NCBI GenBank assembly: GCA_030599585.1 | Contig: JAUVNS010000021.1 | Span: 1-61,158, forward strand | Reading direction: 5' to 3' | Length of the DNA: 61,158 nucleotides | Source: Promethearchaeota archaeon | GTDB lineage: Archaea; Asgardarchaeota; Lokiarchaeia; Sigyniarchaeales; SOKP01 | Part shown: positions 39,941 through 49,716 of the stretch, in pieces | Layout: each line of letters begins with the position of its first letter | Numbering within the stretch: position 1 is the first letter of the stretch | Translations under genes and position numbers: made by a program | Notes under the pieces: model-generated | Told to the model about the DNA's origin: nothing | The model's input: only the letters and a program-made list of their open reading frames with translations | Databases searched by the model: none

Positions 39941-40690
39941 TTGAAGATTTCCATGTCTAAAGAAGAGAATATTGAACTACTAAATCAGGAATTATCAGAG
40001 TTATTAAAAAAAGAAATCAAAGATCAAGAAAGCCTTCTAGGTATTTCCATTTCATCTCATGATGGCACACCTATCGTCAGTGAGTTAAAAGAGGACATAG
40101 CAATGACGAAAGCTGAAATCTCTGCAGCGAGCAGTAGTTTAGTTTTTTTATCTTCTAAAATGTTACACGATTCATTAAACCAAAAAATTGCTTATACTTT
40201 AATAACAGGAAAAGAAAGAATTATTTTATCAATTCTTACGGATTATATGGCCCTAATCGCCTATTTAGATAGGGAATTAGCTGAGCTTGAAGGATTAGAT
40301 TTTTATATACGAACACTAAGAAAATTTGCTATAAAAATGTCAGCAATTATAGAAACGAGTGACCTTATCAAGGAAGAGATTTTTGTGGCTCTAAAAAGGG
40401 CTATCCCTAATGCTCTAGTGATTGCTATTATCACCAAAGATGGTTTACCTATTAAAGTTCAGTCCACTATGCCCGAGCCAACTATATCTGCAATGATCTC
40501 TGCAATTTATAATTTGGCGGGAATTTTATTGGATGGAGGTCTAGAATTCTCGATAATAGGAGGAGATCACGGTTCAATTATTATCCACGAACTAGACGAG
40601 AGTAGAATACTTGCAATTGCTGTGTCTGAAGGAAACGAGAAAATCCTAAGAAGTCACATTGCTAAAATCAAAGCAATTATCAAACAATAA
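39941..40690 (+). CDS. Tandem roadblock/LAMTOR-domain protein
   Basis: Two ~110-aa units: ISSHDGTPIVS..EISAASSSL and IITKDGLPIK..TISAMISAI. Confidence 0.85.
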   Translation: MKISMSKEENIELLNQELSELLKKEIKDQESLLGISISSHDGTPIVSELKEDIAMTKAEISAASSSLVFLSSKMLHDSLNQKIAYTLITGKERIILSILTDYMALIAYLDRELAELEGLDFYIRTLRKFAIKMSAIIETSDLIKEEIFVALKRAIPNALVIAIITKDGLPIKVQSTMPEPTISAMISAIYNLAGILLDGGLEFSIIGGDHGSIIIHELDESRILAIAVSEGNEKILRSHIAKIKAIIKQ

Positions 40691-40698
40691 TCTTAAGG

Positions 40699-41949
40699 CT
40701 ATCTAATTATCTTTTTTATCTTATCTACTACTTTTAAACTACCCAAATAAGAATCAGAAGAAGATGTAGCCTTAAATAAAATGGTACAAACTGGTTCGCC
40801 TTTATAAATGTTTTTAACTGGTTCCGACTTATCGTGAACGTATTCCAAGTCGTTAATTTTATATAATAGGTTTTTATCGATTTCTTTAGGAGCAAAGAAA
40901 ATCATCTTGGTTGTAAAATTTTCGATTTTAGCATTCTTCAGCGTCTTTTTAACAGATTCCCATCCCTTCTCTGTAAAACTTTTTATATGCAAATCTAATA
41001 AATTTATGTTCATTGCCTCTTCAGAAGCTCTTATTGATCCCGGAATTCGGGGATTGATCTCTAATAGATATGGATATTGGTTTTTTAGCACAAAATCGAA
41101 TCCGTTTATTCCCTTTAAACCTAACTCAGTTGATAATTTCAACGAAATATCAACTATCAGTTTCCTTTCTTCTGCGAATACATTAGCAGGAACCACATTT
41201 CCACAATACATAAACTCTTTTGGAGCGTTAAGATATTTATTATCTCCGATTATCTGATTATTTACCGAAATTACTTCGCTTTCTACTCCATTAGAAATTG
41301 TCGTACAACTTACTGGATTTCCCTCGATGTATTCCTGAATCAGCCAATCTTTTGGAAAAAAGCCTTCTCTATTAATTAGATTGATGTAAAACGAGAGATC
41401 GGATTCATTCCTTATTTTATATACATTTGTTCCACCAGAACCACTTCTTTTCTTTAATATAAAGGGATATTCTAACTTGTTAACTTTAGACTTATCTTCG
41501 TGGAAGGAAACTGTGCTTGGAACATCGTATCCGAATTTTACTAACAAATTGAAAATGAATTCTGTGTTTCTACTTTTTTTAATCGCTTCTAATTCGTTAT
41601 TCAGGTTAAGAATTTTGTATTTCTTACGATTGATATCTTTTATAATGAGAGCTCTCTCTTCTATACCGTCGTCTAAACCACTTCCTATTATTAAATGTTT
41701 TATCTCTGGATATTTGTCTAAAAGTTCTAAAATTAAGAGGGAGAGGTATTCACTATAATTATTTTTAGCTAAATCATAGTTGGCGTTTAATTTTTTTGTA
41801 AGAATTAAGCAATCTTTAACAAATGGATAAAGATCAAGATCACCGAAGAAATCTACGGCATAAACTTCATATCCTGCTCTACTTAAAGAATATACCAATG
41901 GTCTCGTGTTAAATCCAGCGACTAAGACCGTTTTTTCTTTATTATTCAT
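40699..41949 (-). CDS. ATP-grasp domain protein (COG2232-like)
   Basis: GFNTRP, DFFGDLD, KKRSGSGG, QEYIEG, GINGFDF, LEINPRIPGS. Confidence 0.88.
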   Translation of the reverse strand: MNNKEKTVLVAGFNTRPLVYSLSRAGYEVYAVDFFGDLDLYPFVKDCLILTKKLNANYDLAKNNYSEYLSLLILELLDKYPEIKHLIIGSGLDDGIEERALIIKDINRKKYKILNLNNELEAIKKSRNTEFIFNLLVKFGYDVPSTVSFHEDKSKVNKLEYPFILKKRSGSGGTNVYKIRNESDLSFYINLINREGFFPKDWLIQEYIEGNPVSCTTISNGVESEVISVNNQIIGDNKYLNAPKEFMYCGNVVPANVFAEERKLIVDISLKLSTELGLKGINGFDFVLKNQYPYLLEINPRIPGSIRASEEAMNINLLDLHIKSFTEKGWESVKKTLKNAKIENFTTKMIFFAPKEIDKNLLYKINDLEYVHDKSEPVKNIYKGEPVCTILFKATSSSDSYLGSLKVVDKIKKIIR

Positions 41950-41996
41950 TAATTGAATAATAATAATATAGGAACTTTAAGAAGTTGGTTATGATC

Positions 41997-44204
41997 TCAA
42001 AGTATTTTTTTCAGTTCAAGAATTAAGTTTTTGGGATTTACACGATCGAATTGGAATACTTCAGCGTTTCCATATTTTTTAAAGTTCTGTTTGATTTCAT
42101 TCGCAGCAAAAAAATTAACCCCTAAATTTCTGGTTGCATAGGACTTCTTTGGTTCTAAGACCACCATATGCGCTCCTTTCTTAGATAGTTGCTTCGTTAA
42201 AGCTTTTAATTCATTAACGATTAAAGTGTAATCTGATTGAATTTGAGCGACTAACTCAGGATTTTTGTAGGATATATTTGCTCCTAAGTCGCTACAGACG
42301 AAAACGACCGGAATTATGTTTCTATTCCTTAGTTTTTCAGCGTCGATTAATTTTAAGCATTTTGTCAAAGCTGCGGCCATAGGAGTATAGGATTTTCCTT
42401 TGACTTTTTTAAGCTTGTTTACAGCAGATTTAAAGTAGACAGTAGGTTTCTGAAGAACGACGGCTTCTTTAGCTCTAAAAATAATTAAGCTTAACTTATC
42501 CTTTTTTCTGTAGCCTTCTCTCTGAAGAGAAAGAATAACATCTGTCATTTGTTTGATTACATAATACATTGAAGCTGAGCTATCGAGAACAAAGAAAAGC
42601 ACTAAAGGAGCTCGATACTCGTAAATTTTATCCATTAAGTCGTATTTGTCAAATTTAATTGGAAATTCAATATCTGTTTGGTTATATATCGTGTTTTTTA
42701 AATAATTCCTTATAGTAGCATCTAGAGCTATGGTTTTGGGTCGGTTAATGGGTCTCCTATACGATACATACCTACCTTTTTGAGAAGAAGCGATTTTTAT
42801 CCGTCTTCCAATTCCTCTGCCGCCATAATCAGAAACTTTTCGATCTTTTCTGATAGTATCTAAAACTGAAGTCATTTTGGTTTCCATCTGATAAATTAAT
42901 GGCAATGAATTAACCCCGTCCTCAAAGAAATTGAATTCTCGTTCGTCATATTTTGGAATATCTTTTACTTTCCAACCACCAGCAGGTGAAGGGTTTCGTT
43001 TCTTGTTATCTGGGTATTTGGGTAAAGGCAACTTCTGTTCTTTTGTTTCCGGGATGTCCACTTTTTTAGGATCAACTGATTGTCGTTTAAACTCCTTTTG
43101 AGGAGTATCGTCGTGTTTTAAAGGTCCCTCGGTATCCTTATTTGGTTGATATACCTTTGGATCTTCATAAGCTTTCTTTATCTTCCCGTATACTTCAACA
43201 ATTTTAGCTTTGACTTCTTCAGGTGTCATTTCGTAATGTAGCGACTTGATTCTGTGTTCGAAAACTAAATCCATTGCAGCGTTTAAATCTTCTTCCGCAA
43301 CTTCGGTTCTTCCATTAAAAGCAGCGTGAGCTCTTGAACACCGGATAAATGTGATGTCCGCTCTCTGCGAAAAAATATCCAATTCGTTAACTAATCTAGA
43401 TACAAATTCATAGACCGAGGATGGAATTTTGACATCTTTAATTAATTTTCGAGCCCGTACTATTTTCTTTCTTAACTCTTCTTGTTCTTGCTCGTATTGT
43501 TTTATGAAAGCTTTGGGATTATCGTCAAAATCGATTACTCTCTTTGTAATTTCTGCGCGTAGTTTTGCATCGCGCGGGGCTTTTATTTTTACCTCTAAAC
43601 CAAGTCTGTCAGCGATCTGTGGGCGAAGATCCCCTTCCTCGGGGTTCATACTACCGACTAACACGAACCTGGAAGGGTGCATTACAGAAATTCCTTCCCT
43701 TTCGATAATATTCACACCAGAGGCAGAAGCATCCAATAAGGTATCGACAATATGATCTTGAAGCAAATTTATTTCATCAATATAAAGTATACCGCGATTA
43801 GCCTTAGCAAGAAGTCCAGGATGAAGACTTCTTATCCCTTCAGTTAGGACTTTGTCAATAGATAATGATCCAGTGACCATGTCTTCGGTTACGCCTAATG
43901 GAAGGTTTATTAGCCTCATATCTTTAGATTCGGTTTCTAATTTACCTTCTTTTTTTTTATTGCGACATTCTTCACATAGATCGTCCACATCTGACAAAGG
44001 ATTGCATGAAAACTGGCAACCTTTTACAACTTCAAGGGCAGGCATTACTTCTACAAGAGATCGTACTCCCGTAGATTTGCCCGTTCCTTGTTGTCCAGTT
44101 AACAATACACCTCCAATTTGAGGATCGATAACGTTTAATATAAGCCCGAGTTTCATTCTTTCTTGCCCTAAAATAGCAACAAAAGGAAATTGAACTTTAC
44201 GCAT
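41997..44204 (-). CDS. Mg/Co-chelatase ChlI/ChlD-like AAA+ ATPase fused to a vWA domain
   Basis: FPFVAILGQ, GQQGTGKST, PGLLAKANRGILYIDEINLL, GSMNPEEGDLRPQ, Pro-rich linker, MIDAS DSSAS. Confidence 0.92.
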   Translation of the reverse strand: MRKVQFPFVAILGQERMKLGLILNVIDPQIGGVLLTGQQGTGKSTGVRSLVEVMPALEVVKGCQFSCNPLSDVDDLCEECRNKKKEGKLETESKDMRLINLPLGVTEDMVTGSLSIDKVLTEGIRSLHPGLLAKANRGILYIDEINLLQDHIVDTLLDASASGVNIIEREGISVMHPSRFVLVGSMNPEEGDLRPQIADRLGLEVKIKAPRDAKLRAEITKRVIDFDDNPKAFIKQYEQEQEELRKKIVRARKLIKDVKIPSSVYEFVSRLVNELDIFSQRADITFIRCSRAHAAFNGRTEVAEEDLNAAMDLVFEHRIKSLHYEMTPEEVKAKIVEVYGKIKKAYEDPKVYQPNKDTEGPLKHDDTPQKEFKRQSVDPKKVDIPETKEQKLPLPKYPDNKKRNPSPAGGWKVKDIPKYDEREFNFFEDGVNSLPLIYQMETKMTSVLDTIRKDRKVSDYGGRGIGRRIKIASSQKGRYVSYRRPINRPKTIALDATIRNYLKNTIYNQTDIEFPIKFDKYDLMDKIYEYRAPLVLFFVLDSSASMYYVIKQMTDVILSLQREGYRKKDKLSLIIFRAKEAVVLQKPTVYFKSAVNKLKKVKGKSYTPMAAALTKCLKLIDAEKLRNRNIIPVVFVCSDLGANISYKNPELVAQIQSDYTLIVNELKALTKQLSKKGAHMVVLEPKKSYATRNLGVNFFAANEIKQNFKKYGNAEVFQFDRVNPKNLILELKKIL

Positions 44205-44333
44205 AATAATCGAATATAGCTATTTAATTTATAAAGTAGAAAAGGGAATAATTAAAATAAAGATTTTCCCTTTAAACAATAGATTAGAAATAGGAAAGTT
44301 AAGAAAAAGATTGCAGATAATTATTTTCAAGGA

Positions 44334-45284
44334 TTAATACTTTTTCGCTATCTCTGTAAGCCTTTCATTCAAATGCTCGATAGTTTCGTCCCATTTAGAC
44401 AGAATTTCTTTTATTTTAGGGATAATGGTATCTCGTTCTTTATACTCCAAATAATCCATAAATTGTTTAATATTTTCTATTTTTATGAATGTTGTAGCGA
44501 CAAATTTTCTAATATCTCTTGTCTGATTTTCGAGTACCTCGTACACCCTATCAGATGCCCCCTCCCTCATAAGCGTGCCTAAATATTCGTCCGTTCCTTG
44601 AATAAGTGAATTTAACTCGTTAATTCGGTTATTTACGAACTTTTCATAGGTACCAAAGATATTGTCTTTTGGAAACATGGTAGTAATATCAATTATAAAT
44701 TTCTGAGTTAATGTTACCAATTGTTCCTTAGTTTCGAAACCATTAACGACATAATCTGCAGTATGGTAAGACGCTTGAATTCCTTTATTTACATCGTCTA
44801 GTCTAAATATTTTAAATCCAGGATCGCCCTCAAGTTGTTTTACGGGGTCACCTTTTTTTTCAGGAAGCTCAATTTGTTTTACTAATCTTTCAGGATTAAA
44901 TACTAATGAAATCGCAAGAGGATTATTTGTTTGATAACTCAGAGTAGTCTTGATATCAATATGGGACATCATTATCTTGAATCCAGGATGGCTGTGCCAC
45001 CATCCTACGGTAAATTCACCATTTGAAAAGGCTTCGTCATCAATAATTGAGAGAGCTTCATAATCTTCGTCACCCCATTTATATTGATCAATAACCGCAT
45101 CCTTATCTAATTCTTGATGCATTATTGGATGTGATTTTGTTATATATACATCGGCTCCTTCATTTCTTCCAATAAATATACCAGAAACCTCAAGCCAATC
45201 GTCTTTATCAATTCGTTTATTAGCAAACCTAACACATGCTGCAACAGTAGTCAAATAAGCGTCTTTGGGAATAATTACTGTCAT
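44334..45284 (-). CDS. JAB1/MPN (Mov34) metallo-isopeptidase, Rpn11/CSN5-like, with helical C-terminus
   Basis: EVSGIFIG and the JAMM motif GWWHSHPGFKIMMSHID. Confidence 0.9.
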   Translation of the reverse strand: MTVIIPKDAYLTTVAACVRFANKRIDKDDWLEVSGIFIGRNEGADVYITKSHPIMHQELDKDAVIDQYKWGDEDYEALSIIDDEAFSNGEFTVGWWHSHPGFKIMMSHIDIKTTLSYQTNNPLAISLVFNPERLVKQIELPEKKGDPVKQLEGDPGFKIFRLDDVNKGIQASYHTADYVVNGFETKEQLVTLTQKFIIDITTMFPKDNIFGTYEKFVNNRINELNSLIQGTDEYLGTLMREGASDRVYEVLENQTRDIRKFVATTFIKIENIKQFMDYLEYKERDTIIPKIKEILSKWDETIEHLNERLTEIAKKY

Positions 45285-45362
45285 ATTTTTAATTCAATGA
45301 TTTCTTTTTTTGATATCTTTATACAAGATCTTATATTTATGTCTATTTTTTTAGATTTTATT

Positions 45363-45773
45363 TTACTTCGAGGGTGATTTAAACCTTTTGTGGAATACTT
45401 TGTATTTATGAGCATTCTCGGTACAGAAGTCGCATTTCATCGTGTTTTCTTCGATATTAAAACCGTTTTGGTAGGAATTTAAAATAGCGTCAATTACTAC
45501 ATAAATCTGGAACACCTGCTCTTTTGCTCTGATCAAACCGTCTTTGACCGTTAAAATATCTATCGATCCCTGTTCTTTTAGTTTTGCTAATGTGTTGTGA
45601 GTTGAGTTGAAAGAGTTGAACAAGCCAAGAAAAGTAATGTTATTTAGTTCTTTGACTTGGTAGTTCTCAGGGGTTGGATCTTTATTTTCAAAATTTACTA
45701 ACTCAAACATTTTTATCAGATATAGTTTTTGGTTTTGGTAAGATAGGTAGGATTTAACAAGTACAAAAACCAA
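45363..45773 (-). CDS. Hypothetical protein
   Basis: 136-aa ORF; the true start may be the internal MFELV. No recognisable motif. Confidence 0.5.
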   Translation of the reverse strand: MVFVLVKSYLSYQNQKLYLIKMFELVNFENKDPTPENYQVKELNNITFLGLFNSFNSTHNTLAKLKEQGSIDILTVKDGLIRAKEQVFQIYVVIDAILNSYQNGFNIEENTMKCDFCTENAHKYKVFHKRFKSPSK

Positions 45774-45966
45774 AAAAATTAGTCGGATTTATGATTTGCG
45801 GTAAAAAAAAAGGGGTGAGAGACTTCCCCTAATCCGTTAGTCAGTGAAGGACACGATTAGTAGTTTTTGTGAGTATTTAGACAAAATATGTTTGTTGGAA
45901 TACTAATTTTTCAACGCGCTAGCCTTAAATAAAAAAAAGAAAAAGTTTTAAGAAAGAAATAAGTAG

Positions 45967-47709
45967 TTATTCGTTAATCATAGCTAAAAATTCTTCTTCC
46001 GTTATGATCTTCGAGCCTTGTCCTTTAGCTTTGATGAGCTTACTGGTTTGTTCGGTGCTATTGGTTACCAAATACGACAAATCTTTTACCACTCCACTTT
46101 TTGGAGTACCACCGTGTTCGGATACCAAAGCGTTCGCATCGCTTCTGGACATTGTTTCGAGCTTGCCCGTAAAACAGAAGGTAAGTCCTGCTAGTTTATT
46201 TCCCATTTTCCTCCTCCTTATTGTTATTTTATTAGTTTCTAACGCTTTTTGCATGTCAAAATATAGGGCGTGAAATTCGGTGTGAAACTGGTTGGCGGTA
46301 ATATCGGCAAATAGCTCAACTTTTTTCAAGTCGTGAACCGTTGCGTTGCGAATCTTCTCTAATGTATCAATCCCCGCGCTTACCACATTTTCTACCAAAC
46401 TTTCTCCAATATTTTCGAGGTCAAATCCACCTACGAACTTCGCAAGAGAGATTTGCTTTACCGCAAGTAAGTTATCTAACGCTTTCTGGGCTGATCGCTC
46501 CCCAACCCGATCCAGTCTTGACAAATCAGATGGTTTAAGTTTGTATAAATCTGCGATTTTTTGAACTTTACCTGAGCTAAATAATTGTTTTAAGATTAGC
46601 TCTCCGAAGTTTTTCACTCCGAGTTTTTTGATCCACTTAAGAAGTCTGTGGTAAGCTCTCTTAGGACAATCTTTGTTGGGGCAATATAATCGAGTGCCTT
46701 CGTCTACTAAACGGGTATTACAGGTGTTGCATATTGATGGATATAGAATGTTTTTTGCATCTGTTGGTGTATGGAAAACTCTTTCGATCTTGGGGATGAT
46801 GTCGCCTCTTTTAGACACTATTACTTTCGAACCGATTTTTAAGTTAAGTTCTTTTACTATGTTCGGGTTTGCTAAACTCGCCCTTTGGACTGTAGTACCA
46901 GCAATTAGCACGGGTTCGACGATCGCAATGGGGGTATAGTTAGCCCCACTCTCGCTCCATTCTACATCTATTACGGTGGACTCTATTTCCTCTGGATCGA
47001 ATTTGAACGCTATTTGCTTTGTCGGTCTTGCTCGCGTCATGTCTTCCAAGTCAATTTCGTTCCCTTTAATTACTAAACCATCGATGTCGTAATTGAGCTG
47101 GTCTCGAATCGAAGACATCACCTCGTCTCTAAAACTCACGACTTGTTTAATGGATTTGAATAAATGCATCTCAATCACTTGAAACTTGTGGTTTTTTAAC
47201 CAATCGAGTTTTTCTAATTCGTTCTTGAACTTAAAGTCCGGATTTACGTTAATAGCGTTGTAGGAAATAAGGGTTAAGTCTTCGCTTCCCTTTCCGTTTT
47301 TTCGTTTAGCGATTCCACTCGCCATGTTTCTTCTGTTTTTCGCTTCTGGGTATTTTGCGTTAAAAGTTTCTTTAGTCAAGACAATTTCCCCTCTTGTTGC
47401 CCCCGTAAACTCTGGATTCACCTCAGGAACAAAACCTTTCATCTTTTTTACGTTGTTCGTTATATCGTCCCCTACTAAACCATCTCCACGAGTCACTCCG
47501 AATTTAAACTTTCCGTTGAAATATTGAAGCTCGACGCTTATGCCATCGCCTTTAAATTGGTTAAGGAATAAACTGTAACCCATCTTTCTCGCCCACTTGT
47601 TAAACTCTGCGGTGTTAGTCACTTTCGCTAGAGAATTCATCGGGATTATGTGCCGAATTTTGTTAAGCGATACATCGAAATCTGCTCCTACTTTAGTAAA
47701 GACTTCTGT
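45967..47709 (-). pseudogene. ligA: NAD-dependent DNA ligase lacking N-terminal domain Ia
   Basis: KGDG adenylation motif, TRGDG, DGLVIK, AFKF, RASLAN, KRGDIIPK, C4 zinc finger, HhH and BRCT are present. Ligase-like sequence continues upstream of ATG 47640 (EVFTKVGADF..IRHIIPMNSL) and stops at the 21-bp repeat array. Confidence 0.85.
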
Positions 47710-47793
47710 AATTTTGAAGAATAAACTGGAAATTTTGAAAAATAAACTGGAAATTTTGAAAAATAAACTGGAAATTTTGAAAAATAAACTGGA
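47710..47793. repeat. 4 x 21-bp tandem direct repeat
   Basis: aattttgaaRaataaactgga at 47710, 47731, 47752 and 47773; no spacers. Confidence 0.97.
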
Positions 47794-48126
47794 AAAATTA
47801 GGCCATAACTCCTAAGAATTTTAGAAAATTTTAGAAGAAATCAAAGAAATTCCCTTTAGGGAAAATAATATTAAATTTTTTAAGAGCTTTCAGTATTGAT
47901 AACAGATTCTCCTTAGATTACAAAAATGTTAAATATTAGTTGATTTTTAATATTCAATAAGGAATAAAAGAGTTAAATAAATGTTATTGATCCTAAATCC
48001 ATTACTTTATTAAAAAAAATTTAACATAGATTGTGTTTCCATAACTAAACTATTCGATAATCACGAGTTTGAAGAAGTAGAAATTATCAATGGTGATAGA
48101 ACGTTTAAAACATATCAAATGTTATT

Positions 48127-49488
48127 TTGGAAATAAAAAATAGAGGTAATTACCCAGTGGGTGTTGATACAAAATGGCGTTTTTGTAAGCGTTGTCGTTC
48201 GATGTTTCATATGGGAGAAAAAGGTGTGTGCTTGGGAACGCCGAGAGGTCATACTCGTCGTTTTCTTCTGATCTATAGTCCAAAATTAGTACTTTTCTTT
48301 GATGTGAATCCTTATGATGCTCACTCACAAGGTGATTGGAGACGTTGTACTAGATGCAATGTTTTATTTTTTAATGGAAACGATGCGCAAAATAATAATA
48401 GCTGTGCTGCAGGAGGAAAGCATAATCCCGATCTGTCTCGAAATTATATTCTTAAACATAATCACCCTATTCTAGAGGAGTGGGAGGAAAAGAATTGGCG
48501 TTATTGCTTTAAATGCCATTCTCTTTTCAATAGAGGAAAAAACAATATAGGATATAGAGCGTATTGTCCTGGAACTCCTGATAAACACCATATATATAGG
48601 GGTAGTGGCATGTATTATATTGAAAAACCAAGACCATATCAAAAATGTTTTTTCGTAACTTCTCATAATTCTTATGAGGAACAACATCATCTTTCAATAC
48701 CAGAACAACTTGATGTAGGAGTGAGAGGGATTGAAATAGATATCAATGATGATGATTTTGACAGATTAAATTACTTTCAAGTTGGACATTATGATGCAGG
48801 AAGGGGCTGTTATTGGGGGCACGGAAATCCTAATCATCCAAATGACAAATTCCAAGATTGGTTGAAAGTCATTTCTGATTGGTCAATTAATAAAAACGGA
48901 GTTCATGCACCCATAACAATTTTCATCGAATTGAAATCATATACTCATAGTGAGAAGAAAGTTACAGAACTAGAAAATGCAATAAGAACAATTCCTCCTA
49001 ATATTTTATTTAAGTCAAGTGAGATAAATAAAAAATTAAATGTTACAGGATCTAAACCATGGCCATCATTACAAGAGTTATGGGGGAGGATTATTGTAGT
49101 TTTAACAAATTTTTGGGGTAGATTCGCGGGTCATGGCCTCCCTGCACCAGGGTATTCTAATTATGAGGGTTTTCAATCTAGATGGCGTTATCATCTTAGA
49201 AACGATTGTAATTCCGCTTTTGTAGCTTGGACTGATGAAGATAATGAGAGAATAGAAAGAAATTACGGTTCAGATGATAAAAGAGCAGAAATAATCCAAA
49301 GAGAATCAAGATTCTATATTTGTAATAACGATAAAAATCTCGCTACAAGATATTTTAATGAGGAACCAGAAAGACTTATTAGATCTGATTTTGGCTATAC
49401 TAACCCAGATGGCTATCTAATAAATTTTCCTATATCTGATGCTTGGAGTACAGCTCTTACTAGCAGGATGTATAAATGGACTATATAA
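48127..49488 (+). CDS. PI-specific phospholipase C (X-domain type) with three N-terminal Cys/His repeats
   Basis: Three WRxCxxCxxxF..C..H units; then TSHNSY, QLDVGVRGIEIDI, VGH, HAPITIFIELK, WPSLQELWGRIIVVL. Confidence 0.8.
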   Translation: MEIKNRGNYPVGVDTKWRFCKRCRSMFHMGEKGVCLGTPRGHTRRFLLIYSPKLVLFFDVNPYDAHSQGDWRRCTRCNVLFFNGNDAQNNNSCAAGGKHNPDLSRNYILKHNHPILEEWEEKNWRYCFKCHSLFNRGKNNIGYRAYCPGTPDKHHIYRGSGMYYIEKPRPYQKCFFVTSHNSYEEQHHLSIPEQLDVGVRGIEIDINDDDFDRLNYFQVGHYDAGRGCYWGHGNPNHPNDKFQDWLKVISDWSINKNGVHAPITIFIELKSYTHSEKKVTELENAIRTIPPNILFKSSEINKKLNVTGSKPWPSLQELWGRIIVVLTNFWGRFAGHGLPAPGYSNYEGFQSRWRYHLRNDCNSAFVAWTDEDNERIERNYGSDDKRAEIIQRESRFYICNNDKNLATRYFNEEPERLIRSDFGYTNPDGYLINFPISDAWSTALTSRMYKWTI

Positions 49489-49716
49489 ACTTTAATCAAA
49501 TTTACTGATTTTTTTATAAAAATAACAATAAAATACTCTATTTTTATAATAATATAAAAAATCGATAAGCCCTATTATTTTAAAATATTTGAAGTGTGCC
49601 TCATAATTATGTTAGATAAATTTGATTATGGTTTAAAACGTGCTTTCTCGGAAATAATCTTTGAACTTTAGTAACTAACTAAGATAAAGAAACAAGATTT
49701 TTTTACGTGATTTCTA

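Noticed and set aside
41997-44204. Chlorophyll biosynthesis
   Set aside because: ChlI/D-like ATPases are widespread in non-phototrophic archaea, and no chlH or other pathway genes are present here.
47710-47793. CRISPR array
   Set aside because: The repeats are head-to-tail with no spacers, and there are no cas genes.
47597-47815. 72-aa + strand ORF with (ILKNKLE)n
   Set aside because: A by-product of the 21-bp repeat plus antisense ligA sequence; no evidence it is a gene.
48127-48620. DAG-binding C1 domains fused to PLC
   Set aside because: Each repeat has CxxC..C..H (four ligands), not the H-C-C-C-C-H-C-C spacing of C1.
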